Positions 49,606 through 59,116 of a DNA stretch of 64,000 bases are shown here, piece by piece. The DNA is taken from NCBI GenBank assembly GCA_027319565.1, contig DAHVNA010000002.1:32001-96000 (forward strand). The letters are read 5' to 3'. Below the pieces are notes generated by a model. It made no database searches. It had not been told where the DNA came from and was given only the letters and a program-made list of their open reading frames with translations. The stretch is from Elusimicrobiota bacterium. GTDB lineage: Bacteria; Elusimicrobiota; Elusimicrobia; UBA1565; UBA9628. Positions within the stretch are counted from its first letter, which is position 1. Each line of letters opens with the position of its first letter. The translations under genes were made by a program, and so were the position numbers.

Positions 49606-50867
49606 ACTCTATTCTCGAACGACAAGACCCTGAAATTTACCGCGCCATCGTTCTTGAAAATGAAAGGCAAAGAGACAATCTCGAACTCATCGCTTCCGAA
49701 AATTACGTCTCCCCCGCGGTCCTAGAAGCCCAAGGTTCGATTCTGACCAACAAATATGCCGAGGGATATCCGGGAAAACGCTATTACGGGGGATGCGAAT
49801 TCGTGGATATCGCGGAAAAATTGGCGATTGAACGGGCGCAAACCCTTTTTCACGCCGAGCACGCCAATGTTCAGCCCCATTCCGGAACCCAGGCCAATAT
49901 GGCGGTCTATCTTTCGGTTTTAAAACCCGGAGACGCGGTGATGGGCCTCAACCTGGCCCACGGAGGACATCTCTCCCATGGACATCCCCTCAATTTCTCG
50001 GGAAAATATTTCAACATCATTCCAATTAACGTATCTAAGGAAACCGAACTGATTGATTATGATGAGGCCGAGCGTTCGGCCTTGGAACACAAGCCGCGCT
50101 TGATTTTTGCCGGGGCCTCGAACTATTCCCGCAAATTCGACTGGATACGCCTTAAAAAGATTGCGGATTCCGTGGGGGCTTTTTTCGCCGCCGATGTCGC
50201 CCATTACGCGGGGCTTATCGCCGCGGAAATTTATCCCTCTCCCGTGCCCTTGGCGGATTTCGTCACTTCGACAACCCATAAAACCCTGCGCGGCCCTAGA
50301 GGCGGGCTCATTTTGTCCAAATCCGCCCATCAAGCGAATCTCGATAAGATTATGTTCCCGGGAATTCAAGGCGGACCCTTGATGCATATTATCGCGGCCA
50401 AGGCCGTCTGCTTTGGAGAAGCCCTCAAGCCGGAATTCCGGCAATACCAGGCCCAAATCCTCGCTAATGCCCGCAAACTGGCGGACGAATTGAAATCAAA
50501 AGGCTTCCGGATCGTCGCGGGCGGAACGGACTGTCATCTGTTTTCCGTCGATCTGCGAGCGAAAAATATAACCGGGAAAGAAGCCGAGGAGGCTTTGGAT
50601 AAAGCCGGCATCACCGTCAATAAAAATTCGATTCCATATGATCCGCAAAAACCATTTATCGCTTCCGGAATCCGTATTGGAACTCCGGCCATTACCACGC
50701 GCGGGATGAAAGAAAACGAGATGGTCCACATCGCCAATCTCATTAATGAAGCTCTGTCAAAATCGAAAGATGAAGCCGGGCTCAAAGCGATCAGGGGCGA
50801 GGTTAAAAAACTCTGCTCTCGCTTTCCAGTTCCGACCCAAGAAAATTTAAAAGTAGCCGCCGTCTAA
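49602..50867 (+). CDS. glyA: serine hydroxymethyltransferase
   Basis: [33 protein letters not shown]. Confidence 0.97.
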   Translation: MNSILERQDPEIYRAIVLENERQRDNLELIASENYVSPAVLEAQGSILTNKYAEGYPGKRYYGGCEFVDIAEKLAIERAQTLFHAEHANVQPHSGTQANMAVYLSVLKPGDAVMGLNLAHGGHLSHGHPLNFSGKYFNIIPINVSKETELIDYDEAERSALEHKPRLIFAGASNYSRKFDWIRLKKIADSVGAFFAADVAHYAGLIAAEIYPSPVPLADFVTSTTHKTLRGPRGGLILSKSAHQANLDKIMFPGIQGGPLMHIIAAKAVCFGEALKPEFRQYQAQILANARKLADELKSKGFRIVAGGTDCHLFSVDLRAKNITGKEAEEALDKAGITVNKNSIPYDPQKPFIASGIRIGTPAITTRGMKENEMVHIANLINEALSKSKDEAGLKAIRGEVKKLCSRFPVPTQENLKVAAV

Positions 50868-50893
50868 TCAAATAAAAAAATAAAGGAAATATT

Positions 50894-51769
50894 ATGAAAT
50901 CATCTTCTAGCAAAAAAGCCAAGGTAGGAATTATCGGGGGAAGCGGTCTTTATGATATGGACGGATTCTCCAATAAACGCCTGCTCAAGGTGAAAACCCC
51001 TTTCGGAGAGCCTTCGGCGCCCTTGATTTTAGGCGAAATTTCCGGAGTTTCCTGCGCTTTTTTGGCGCGACACGGAAACGGGCACACCATTTTGCCGCAA
51101 GAAATCAATGTGCGGGCCAATATCTGGGCGCTTAAATCGGTCGGCGTTGAGCGCTTGATCGGAGTGACCGCGGTCGGATCTTTGAAGGAAGAAGTCTCTC
51201 CGCGGCATTTCGTTTTTCCGGACCAGATTTTCGATCTCACCCATGGCCGTAACGCCACTTTCTTTGGAAACGGAATCGTCGCCCATACGGCTTTTCACAC
51301 TCCGTTTTGCCTTGAGCAATCGAAAATCCTTTTTGAAAAATCAAAAGCCTTGGGGGTTTCGACTCACCAAGGAGGAACCTACCTTTGCATGCAGGGACCT
51401 CTTTTTTCGACCAAGGCCGAATCCCGCTTCTACAAGGGTCTCGGCTTTTCCGTCATCGGCATGACGGCCGCAACCGAGGCAAAACTCGCCAGAGAAGCCG
51501 AACTGTGCTACTCCCTGATTAGCCTCGTCACCGATTACGATTGCTGGAAAGACGGAGAAGAAGTTTCCGCCGACATCGTCACCTCCGTCATGCATGACAA
51601 TTCCAAGAACGCTCAAAAACTTCTTATTTCGGCCATCTCCGATATCGCCAATCGCAAGCCCCAATGCTCTTGTCCAGAAGCCATGAAACACGCGATTGTC
51701 ACCGCTCCCAAATCCATTAAGCCGGCGGCGAAAAAGAAACTATCCTTGATTATTGGGAAATATATTTAA
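50894..51769 (+). CDS. mtnP: S-methyl-5'-thioadenosine phosphorylase
   Basis: GIIGGSG, RHG, GP.FST.AES, GMT, VTDYDCW. Confidence 0.92.
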   Translation: MKSSSSKKAKVGIIGGSGLYDMDGFSNKRLLKVKTPFGEPSAPLILGEISGVSCAFLARHGNGHTILPQEINVRANIWALKSVGVERLIGVTAVGSLKEEVSPRHFVFPDQIFDLTHGRNATFFGNGIVAHTAFHTPFCLEQSKILFEKSKALGVSTHQGGTYLCMQGPLFSTKAESRFYKGLGFSVIGMTAATEAKLAREAELCYSLISLVTDYDCWKDGEEVSADIVTSVMHDNSKNAQKLLISAISDIANRKPQCSCPEAMKHAIVTAPKSIKPAAKKKLSLIIGKYI

Positions 51770-52200
51770 TGCCTCAAGACCGCAAGACACTCAGCCGAGC
51801 TCAAAAAAATAAGCTCATTGAGCTTGCCCTCAAAGCGCGCAAAAGCGCCTATTGCCCCTATTCCCATTATGCGGTCGGAGCGGCGGTTTTAACTTCCTCC
51901 GGAAAAATTTATTCCGGGTGCAATGTTGAAAATTCTTCATATGGGCTCAGCATCTGCGCGGAGAGAAACGCCATTTTTAATGCTGTTGCCTGCGGAGATA
52001 AAAAAATAATCGCTCTGAGTGTCGCGACCAAATCGCCCAAACCCTGCGGGGCTTGCCGACAGGTACTCATGGAGTTTGCCGGGCATGGGAGCCCGGTTTT
52101 ATTAGTGGACGTCTCTTTAAAAGACCCTTTTTCCAACATATTAGAAACGACCGCGGGACACTTACTCCCGTGGGCCTTTGTGTTTCACCAGAGAAAATAA
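51769..52200 (+). CDS. cdd: cytidine deaminase (homotetrameric type)
   Basis: AYCPYS, GCNVEN, CAE, PCGACRQ. Confidence 0.94.
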   Translation: MPQDRKTLSRAQKNKLIELALKARKSAYCPYSHYAVGAAVLTSSGKIYSGCNVENSSYGLSICAERNAIFNAVACGDKKIIALSVATKSPKPCGACRQVLMEFAGHGSPVLLVDVSLKDPFSNILETTAGHLLPWAFVFHQRK

Positions 52201-52267
52201 AACTCAAATCCCGGCCCTCGGCTTTTTAAAATTGCTAAAATGAATATGGGCCTCTTAAGGGAAAAAT

Positions 52268-52660
52268 ATGAGAACAGAAGAGATTAAAGAGATTCTTAAT
52301 TGGGTCAAAAGCACGGATTTAACGCAAGTCTCGCTTAAAGAAAAGGGATCCGGGTTTGGATTTTCAACCTCAGAACATCCCGATGAATCCTTCGCGGAAA
52401 TGCCCGCCCCCCACTATCAATGCGTATCGGCTCCGGCGATAGGAACTTTTCATTGGTCCCGACCAGGACACCCGCAAAAAGTAGAGGAGGGAATTTCTCT
52501 TCTCTCGGAGGAAGTCATCGGTTACATCGAGACCTTGCCGGGAAAAACCGTTCCGGTCAAAATTTCCTCCTCCGGCAAGGTGGCTCGCATCTTAGTTGAA
52601 GAATCAAGCCCCGTCGCTTACGGACAAGCCTTGATTTTTATCGAGCCAGACGGGAAGTAA
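52268..52660 (+). CDS. AccB/BCCP-like protein lacking the AMKM biotinylation motif
   Basis: AccB-like N-terminus (EIKEIL..STDLTQVSL), SAPAIGTF, PVAYGQAL; ETLPGK in place of EAMKM; 2 nt before accC. Confidence 0.8.
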   Translation: MRTEEIKEILNWVKSTDLTQVSLKEKGSGFGFSTSEHPDESFAEMPAPHYQCVSAPAIGTFHWSRPGHPQKVEEGISLLSEEVIGYIETLPGKTVPVKISSSGKVARILVEESSPVAYGQALIFIEPDGK

Positions 52661-52662
52661 TC

Positions 52663-54015
52663 GTGTTTAAAAAAATTCTGATCGCCAATAGAGGCGAAAT
52701 CGCTCTCCGCGTCATTCGCGCCTGCCGCGAAATGGGCATCCAATCGGTCGCCGTTTACTCCGAAGCCGATCGCGAATCCATGCATGTGCGGATGGCCGAT
52801 GAGGCTTATTGCATTGGCCCGGCGCCAGCCAAACAAAGCTATCTTAATTCCGAAGCCCTTTTGACGGCAGCGCGCATAAGCCAAGCCGAAGCCGTTCACC
52901 CGGGATACGGATTTCTCTCTGAAAACGCGGATTTTTCCGAGGCCTGCGCCAAAAACGGAATCGTTTTTATCGGCCCTTCAGCTTCTGCCATCCGAAAACT
53001 CGGCTATAAAAGCACCGCCAAGACCTTGGCCCGGGAGGCGGGCGTGCCGGTCGTTCCAGGAACCCAGGGACTCGTTGACGAACATTTCATGAAAGAAGCC
53101 CAGGCCGTGGGTTTTCCGGTCATGGTCAAAGCCGCCTCTGGCGGAGGCGGGAAAGGGCTTAGGCTTGTCCGCGATCCCAAAGAGTTAGAAGCGCAGCTCA
53201 AACTCGCTCAAAGCGAAGCCCAAGCCGCTTTTGGAGACGGCTCGGTCTATATCGAAAAATTTATCGAACGCCCGCGGCACGTCGAAATTCAAATCGCCGC
53301 CGATAATTTCGGAAACGTCGTCGCTTTCCCAGAAAGAGATTGCACGGTTCAAAGGCGGCATCAAAAATTGATCGAGGAATCGCCTTCCCCCAAGGTGACG
53401 CCGGAAATCCGCGCTAAAATGCAAGAAGCGGCGCGAAAATTAGCCTTGGCCGCCAAATATTCCAATGTCGGCACCGTTGAATTTCTGCTGGGCCCAGACG
53501 GCAATTTTTATTTTATCGAGGTCAACACCCGGCTTCAAGTCGAACACCCGGTCACCGAATCCGTCACCGGTCTTGATCTTGTCAACACCCAAATTCGCCT
53601 GGCCGCGGGCGAAAAGCTTCCGTTTGACCAAGCGCGCGCCTCTGAAATTCATTTTCATTCCATAGAACACCGAATCAACGCCGAGGACCCGGATAATAAT
53701 TTCGCGCCGTCTCCGGGAAAAATTTCGGAAGTCATTTTTCCAGGCGGCTGCGGGGTGCGTCTTGACACCCATATTTATTCGGGATACACCGTGCCCAGTT
53801 TTTACGATAGTCTGATCGCCAAACTCATCGTTTTTTCTTCCGACAGGAATAACGCCGTCAAACGGAGTCTTCGCGCTCTGTCGGAACTTCAGACCCCGGG
53901 AATTAAAACGACCAGGGATTTTCATAAAAAAGTCCTGTCTCATCAAGATTTTCTCTCTGGAGATTTTGACACTTCCTTCGTTGAAAAATATTTTCTTCCT
54001 AATTCCAAGCATTAG
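52663..54015 (+). CDS. accC: biotin carboxylase
   Basis: IANRGEIA, HPGYGFLSEN, GGGGKG, QRRHQK, EVNTRLQVEH, RINAED. Confidence 0.96.
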   Translation: MFKKILIANRGEIALRVIRACREMGIQSVAVYSEADRESMHVRMADEAYCIGPAPAKQSYLNSEALLTAARISQAEAVHPGYGFLSENADFSEACAKNGIVFIGPSASAIRKLGYKSTAKTLAREAGVPVVPGTQGLVDEHFMKEAQAVGFPVMVKAASGGGGKGLRLVRDPKELEAQLKLAQSEAQAAFGDGSVYIEKFIERPRHVEIQIAADNFGNVVAFPERDCTVQRRHQKLIEESPSPKVTPEIRAKMQEAARKLALAAKYSNVGTVEFLLGPDGNFYFIEVNTRLQVEHPVTESVTGLDLVNTQIRLAAGEKLPFDQARASEIHFHSIEHRINAEDPDNNFAPSPGKISEVIFPGGCGVRLDTHIYSGYTVPSFYDSLIAKLIVFSSDRNNAVKRSLRALSELQTPGIKTTRDFHKKVLSHQDFLSGDFDTSFVEKYFLPNSKH

Positions 54016-54637
54016 AAATCTGCGGACCTCTCTATTTTTACTCGCTTTTCTTCTGATGCCGAAAGCGGTTTTGTCTTGCCCCAATCTGATTGATTGTTCG
54101 CCCCAAAGCCCCCATATCAGCGGGCCATGGGCTCTCTTTACGACTCCTTATTTCCCCTTGGCGATGACGACCTTAACCGCCGGAAGCGCGATCTGGGATG
54201 GAGCCCAAACGCGCTTTGGAAAAACTCTTTGGCAGAGTCTTGATTCCGCCGTCATCGCCTCCGTTTCCAACACCGGAATGAAATATGCTTTTCAAAGGGC
54301 CCGGCCGACCCAAAACCTGGGGGCCAACGCCTGGTTTTCCGGACCGCAAAGCCAAAGCTTTCCCTCTAGCGACGTGTCCAACACCGCAGCTCTTGTCTCT
54401 CCTTTTATTTATGAATATGGTTCGGATCACCCGATGGTGTATCTTCTGACTCTTTTGCCCGTCGCCGACGCGGCGGCCAGAGTCGAAGCGCGCGGACATT
54501 ACCCGACAGACACTCTTGGAGGCATGGCCTTGGGTTTTGCCAGCGGCTGGGCGGCCAGGCATTTTTTCAAATCGCCGTTTACCTTGCAGATTATTCCGGG
54601 AAGAGACTGGTCCGTCGGAATATCGCGAAAATTCTAA
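53966..54637 (+). CDS. PAP2-family phosphatase-like protein (start uncertain)
   Basis: K....RARP, SFPSSD (PSGH variant), AR....HYPTD. Confidence 0.75.
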   Translation: MTLPSLKNIFFLIPSIRNLRTSLFLLAFLLMPKAVLSCPNLIDCSPQSPHISGPWALFTTPYFPLAMTTLTAGSAIWDGAQTRFGKTLWQSLDSAVIASVSNTGMKYAFQRARPTQNLGANAWFSGPQSQSFPSSDVSNTAALVSPFIYEYGSDHPMVYLLTLLPVADAAARVEARGHYPTDTLGGMALGFASGWAARHFFKSPFTLQIIPGRDWSVGISRKF

Positions 54638-55320
54638 CCGGCGGAATCTTCCAGAACAAATTGAAAAGTCGTCCCGCCGCAAACGATAATATCTCCGTCC
54701 TTTAAGAGAGTCGAACCGGTGATTTTCTCGCCATTGACCAGAGGATATCCGGAAACGACCGGAATCAAGACATACCCTTCGGGTTTGCGGTAAATAGAAG
54801 CGGCCACCTCGGGCGCCGAACCAAAAAGGCCCGTTCCTCTGATAGGGATTTGAACTCGATCGGATTTACCGATATAGGTGGAAAGGCCCTTAAGCTCGTA
54901 TTCCGGAGAACCCTCCAAGCCCTTTAAAACCCTCAAGCGCCCGGATTTGGCGGGAGTTTTGGCCGACTGAGCGAGAATTTGCGATTGTTTCTCCGGAGTG
55001 AGAAAAATTGTTTTATCTCCTGCGGCGGGATCAGAATCTTGGATAAAGACCAATGAATGTTTGGCGACTCCAATAACGTCTTGATGGTGAAGCCCGCATT
55101 TTTTAATTCGTTTCTCATTGACATAGGTCCCATTCGTCGAATCAAGATCCTCGACATAATAGGTACCTCCTTCTAGGGTGATTTTACAGTGATTAGAAGA
55201 GATGGCGGGATTATTAATCACGATATCGTTATTGGGGGATCTTCCAACCAAAAGCGGCCCTTTCTTTAAATTGATTTCCTTAAGCACCGCCGCGTTAAAC
55301 TTAAGAAGGATTTTTGGCAT
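54634..55320 (-). CDS. double-FHA-domain protein
   Basis: First FHA intact (GR, S..H, STNGT); second degenerate (GK, VNG, LKDGD). Confidence 0.88.
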   Translation of the reverse strand: MPKILLKFNAAVLKEINLKKGPLLVGRSPNNDIVINNPAISSNHCKITLEGGTYYVEDLDSTNGTYVNEKRIKKCGLHHQDVIGVAKHSLVFIQDSDPAAGDKTIFLTPEKQSQILAQSAKTPAKSGRLRVLKGLEGSPEYELKGLSTYIGKSDRVQIPIRGTGLFGSAPEVAASIYRKPEGYVLIPVVSGYPLVNGEKITGSTLLKDGDIIVCGGTTFQFVLEDSAG

Positions 55321-56119
55321 TCTTTCCTCTAAAAATTGATTTCATTTTAGACCATGAAGCCCCCAAGGATGATTTTTCCCCGCCCCTTTCCACTCGGGCG
55401 ACCACCACCGTGATATTATCAATTCCGCCGGATTTATTTGCTTCCGAGACTAGGTTTAATGCCAAATTTTTCACGTCATCAAGGCGCGATAAAATCTCTT
55501 GAATGCGGAAATCAGCGACCATCTTGGTCAGGCCATCAGAAGCCAGCAAAATTATATCTCCATAAAAAAGGGGATGAGTGGAAATATCCACTTCCACATC
55601 CGGGTTAGAGCCCACCGCGCGAGTTAAAAGATTTTGAAGTTCCGAAGTCGCGGCTTCTTCTTCCCGAAGAAGGCCTCGCCTGACTTGTTCATGGACGACG
55701 GAGTGGTCTTCAGTCAGGCAGGACAACACGCCTTGTCTTAGAATATATCCACGGCTGTCTCCTACATGCGCCAGGGTCAAGGTCTTTCCATCGCCGCAAG
55801 CGCACACAAGAGTGGTGCCCATCCCGGCATCCTTGGTCATCGAGCGCCCTTTTTCATAGACCAGGCTGTTGGCCGCCTTGACCGCGGCCTCTAAATCGGA
55901 AGCAGAAACCCGGCATTCATCGCCAGAACATTTCTGAATCAAAAAATCTTTCACCAGAGAAACCGCCAAAGAACTCGCCACCTCTCCGGAATTGTGTCCG
56001 CCCATGCCATCGGCGACGATGAAAATCCCTCTATCCCCATCGCAGAAAAATGAATCCTCATTATTACTCCGAACCCGTCCAATATCGGTTAGCCCCGCCG
56101 CTTCAAAAAGAGGTTTCAT
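55301..56119 (-). CDS. PP2C-type Ser/Thr phosphatase (Stp1/PrpC)
   Basis: NNED, VADGMGG, MGTT, VGDSR, LASDG, GIDN. Confidence 0.93.
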   Translation of the reverse strand: MKPLFEAAGLTDIGRVRSNNEDSFFCDGDRGIFIVADGMGGHNSGEVASSLAVSLVKDFLIQKCSGDECRVSASDLEAAVKAANSLVYEKGRSMTKDAGMGTTLVCACGDGKTLTLAHVGDSRGYILRQGVLSCLTEDHSVVHEQVRRGLLREEEAATSELQNLLTRAVGSNPDVEVDISTHPLFYGDIILLASDGLTKMVADFRIQEILSRLDDVKNLALNLVSEANKSGGIDNITVVVARVERGGEKSSLGASWSKMKSIFRGKNAKNPS

Positions 56120-58650
56120 ACCTGGACTTTAAGAACTCCATAGCAAGCGCGGATATCATGGGCGAACTCCGCCGCATTTTGATATCTCGCCTCCGGGTTT
56201 TTCGCCAAACCCCGGTTTAAAATCGCCGACACCGACGGCGGCAAAGAAGGCATAATCGAAAGAGGATCGGGATGGGGGTCGTTAGCGATCTGAAAGAGAA
56301 GGGCCCCGATTCCATCTCCCCCTTTAAACGGCTTTTCTCCGGTCAAGAGTTCGAAAAGAACAACGCTGAGAGAAAAAATATCCGAGCGCCCGTCGACTTT
56401 TTTCCCGGCGACTTGCTCGGGACTCATATACGCGGGCGTTCCCATCACGGTTCCAGTCGCCGTCTTTGAAGAGGTCATCACGCGAGCAATTCCGAAATCG
56501 GCGACGCGAAGGCTGCCGTCTTTAAGAATCATGATATTGGCGGGTTTAATATCTCGATGGACGACTCCCTGCTGATGGGCATAGGCCAAGGCATCGGCCA
56601 CAATCGCGACATATTCCATCGCCGTCTTAAGAGGCATCAAGTGTCCCTTTTCAGTATAAGCCGCCAAGCTTTGGCCCTCTAAAAACTCCATGGCGATATA
56701 GGCCACATCGTCTTCTTCTCCGGCGTCAAAAATGCGAATGATATTAGGATGATTTAATTTCCCCGCCGCTTCCGCTTCGCGGAAAAATCTCTCTTTAATT
56801 TCTTTGACGGATTGAGGATCCGCCTCTTCTCCAAGGCTCATCGTCTTAATCGCGACCCAACGGTTGATTTTAGGATCCTTGCCTAAATAGACAATCCCCA
56901 TCGCGCCGCGCCCCAATTCTTTTTGAATCTCATATCGGCCTAAGGTTGGCTTAGCCGCTCCAGCGGCGATGACGACCGTTCCTTCTTTTTTAGCGCCAAT
57001 AGGACTTTTTAAAACCGCGCCACTGGCGGCGGATTTAAGAAGCGTCATTTTAGATTGAATGTCTTTATACTTGCGGTCCTTTTTCGCGATTAAATCCAAA
57101 ACCGAAGCGGCCTTGGCGAATTGTCTCTTTCGCTCAAAATCCAAGGCGAGATTATAGAGAATTTCCTTCATCGCCTCATCCAGAGGACACAGGCGGAATT
57201 TTTCAAAAGCGAGATCTAACATCCCTTGTCCCTGAAAGGAAAGTCCCAACATCTTATTAGTCTCAATGGCGGAGGCCTCAACGAGTTCCTTGCCTTTTTC
57301 AGTCACGAAAAACCGCCGGACAACCCCGATCAAATATCCTAAAGCCAATAAAACGGCGGGATAACTGGTTTTAACCCATTCTCCGAGAAGGAAAAAATAA
57401 CTCCCAGTGCCTAAAATGAACACGAACAATATAAAACTCAGCGCAAAACCCCAGAAAGCGGAAAGAAACGGCAACGCTAAAATCACAAAAGCCCCAACCA
57501 AGGCAATTAAACCCCATTCTAATTTGGGCGCCCAGGGCGGGCGGGAGATAAAGCGTCCTTCTAAAATATTGGAGGTGATATTGGCCAGGATCTCGACTGG
57601 CGGAATAAGAGGAGCCAAGGGAGTGGTATAAGGAGTGGCAATCCCAGTGGCGGTCAGGCCCACCAGCACAATCTTATTTTTAAACGCCTCCATATCCACA
57701 TGCCCATTCATCACGTCGCTAAAAGAATAGTACCTAAAGGTTCGATAAGGTCCGTTAAACAAAATCATCATCTGGCTTCTGGAATTGAGGGGAATATGGG
57801 TCTGGGCAAAATCAATGGATTTACCTGGAGAAAAAGTCACAGAAGAGGGCGATATCTTCTCGAAAGCTAAGGCCAGGGCCAAGGAATAGGCCGGAATATA
57901 GGAGTTTCCATAGCCCATCACGGGATCAACGCGCCTTAAAATTCCATCGGAGTCCGGTTTTAGATTGGCATGTCCGACGCCGACGGCGGCTTGGGCGAAA
58001 ATAGCGATTGGATACGCCGGATCAAAGCCCTTTGGAATAAGCGACGGGTTTAATCCAGGCGTAACCGCCAAACGAACGCTGGCGCTTGAAAATAAAGGAA
58101 GAGTCGCCGGCGCCTGGGAATGTTCATAACCTCTTTCGGTAAAAATAAGCGGCAAAACGACATTGCCCGATTTCCCAATCGCCGAGGCCAGGCGCGCATC
58201 CGCATCCAAGCGAACTTCCTCGGATGAAATCAAAGCCTCAAATAAACGGTGTCGATCAAAAATTTTGCGGGACGAGGTCAGGCGATGGTAATTCTCATCG
58301 ATGGCTTGAAGGGCTTTGATTCCGCGGTCGTTTTCCGGCTCGGAATAAATAATATCAAGGCCGATCACTCCCGCTTGAGCCTCTTTGAGCTTATCCAAGA
58401 GTTTGGCAATCCGGGTTCGCGGCCAGGGCCAGCGCCCCAATTGAGCGATCGAATCATTGTCAATGGCGATAATGGCTATTTGCCGGCCGGAGCTTAAGTC
58501 TTGGCGAAGAGTGGATCTCCAATCATAGAATTTACGCTCAAAAGATCTAAAAGCGGGAAAGCCCGACGGAAAGCGGTAGCCCAAAGAAACACAGGAGGTT
58601 AAAAAAACCCCGAGCAAGATATCCCAGACAAGCCCTTTTTTTCTCAACAT
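56116..58650 (-). CDS. CHASE2-sensor membrane Ser/Thr protein kinase
   Basis: GRWPWPR CHASE2 signature, 3 TMs, GRGAMG, VAIK, HRDIKPAN, DFG, YMSPEQ; start placed at ATG 58650. Confidence 0.92.
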   Translation of the reverse strand: MLRKKGLVWDILLGVFLTSCVSLGYRFPSGFPAFRSFERKFYDWRSTLRQDLSSGRQIAIIAIDNDSIAQLGRWPWPRTRIAKLLDKLKEAQAGVIGLDIIYSEPENDRGIKALQAIDENYHRLTSSRKIFDRHRLFEALISSEEVRLDADARLASAIGKSGNVVLPLIFTERGYEHSQAPATLPLFSSASVRLAVTPGLNPSLIPKGFDPAYPIAIFAQAAVGVGHANLKPDSDGILRRVDPVMGYGNSYIPAYSLALALAFEKISPSSVTFSPGKSIDFAQTHIPLNSRSQMMILFNGPYRTFRYYSFSDVMNGHVDMEAFKNKIVLVGLTATGIATPYTTPLAPLIPPVEILANITSNILEGRFISRPPWAPKLEWGLIALVGAFVILALPFLSAFWGFALSFILFVFILGTGSYFFLLGEWVKTSYPAVLLALGYLIGVVRRFFVTEKGKELVEASAIETNKMLGLSFQGQGMLDLAFEKFRLCPLDEAMKEILYNLALDFERKRQFAKAASVLDLIAKKDRKYKDIQSKMTLLKSAASGAVLKSPIGAKKEGTVVIAAGAAKPTLGRYEIQKELGRGAMGIVYLGKDPKINRWVAIKTMSLGEEADPQSVKEIKERFFREAEAAGKLNHPNIIRIFDAGEEDDVAYIAMEFLEGQSLAAYTEKGHLMPLKTAMEYVAIVADALAYAHQQGVVHRDIKPANIMILKDGSLRVADFGIARVMTSSKTATGTVMGTPAYMSPEQVAGKKVDGRSDIFSLSVVLFELLTGEKPFKGGDGIGALLFQIANDPHPDPLSIMPSLPPSVSAILNRGLAKNPEARYQNAAEFAHDIRACYGVLKVQV

Positions 58651-58672
58651 TATTTTTAAGGCGGCTTCCAAA

Positions 58673-58701
58673 AGTGTAGCGGAAGAATCGCTTTCTGTCA
58701 A
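58673..58701 (-). promoter_or_regulatory. sigma70 promoter for the kinase-PP2C-FHA operon
   Basis: TTGACA-N17-TACACT. Confidence 0.7.
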
Positions 58702-58759
58702 CCCGGAATTTTAGGCGCGCCTCTTGAGACTCCTTCGGTAAAAATATAGAATAGAATTC

Positions 58760-58945
58760 GTGAAAAGACGAGACCTGATTAAATATCTCACCGATAACGG
58801 ATGCGTCCTCATACGAGAGGGAGGAAAATACTCCATTTATCAAAATCCCGTCAACCAAAAAGAAGTTCCCATTACCCGGCACCCCGAGATGGAAGATTTC
58901 GCGGCCCGGAAAGTCTGTAAGCAGCTCGGCCTTCCGCCGTTTTAA
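58760..58945 (+). CDS. hicA: HicA-family toxin, orphan and probably inactive
   Basis: MKRRDLIKYL..NGC...REGGKYSIY.NP....VP.TRH.E.....RKVCKQLG; Tyr at the catalytic His position. Confidence 0.85.
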   Translation: MKRRDLIKYLTDNGCVLIREGGKYSIYQNPVNQKEVPITRHPEMEDFAARKVCKQLGLPPF

Positions 58946-58957
58946 GATCTCGTTAAA

Positions 58958-59116
58958 CTAACGGCGAATCAAAACGACCATCGAATAGCCCAGAAAAATT
59001 CCGACGATTCCGGCAATTCCGGCCAATGTCGGCGGAGCTGGTACCGGCAAACGCAAAAAACCGAACAGAAAACCGCACCCGGCGCCGCTAATTAGACTGA
59101 GAATAATCGTTTTCAT
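58958..59116 (-). CDS. XapX/DUF1427 small membrane protein (52 aa)
   Basis: Not in ORF track; MKTIILSLISGAGCGFLFGFLRLPVPAPPTLAGIAGIVGIFLGYSMVVLIRR, PAPP motif; ATGA overlap with the GT2 stop. Confidence 0.85.
   Translation of the reverse strand: MKTIILSLISGAGCGFLFGFLRLPVPAPPTLAGIAGIVGIFLGYSMVVLIRR

Noticed and set aside
53440..54682. Long antisense ORFs (214 and 169 aa) and the many similar shadow ORFs in the track
   Set aside because: They lie opposite or within well-supported genes and show no recognisable motifs
58651..58701. TTG start at 58701 for the CHASE2 kinase (preceded by TAAAAT at 6 nt)
   Set aside because: The TTG is part of a TTGACA-N17-TACACT promoter, and ATG 58650 directly precedes the first TM; not fully excluded
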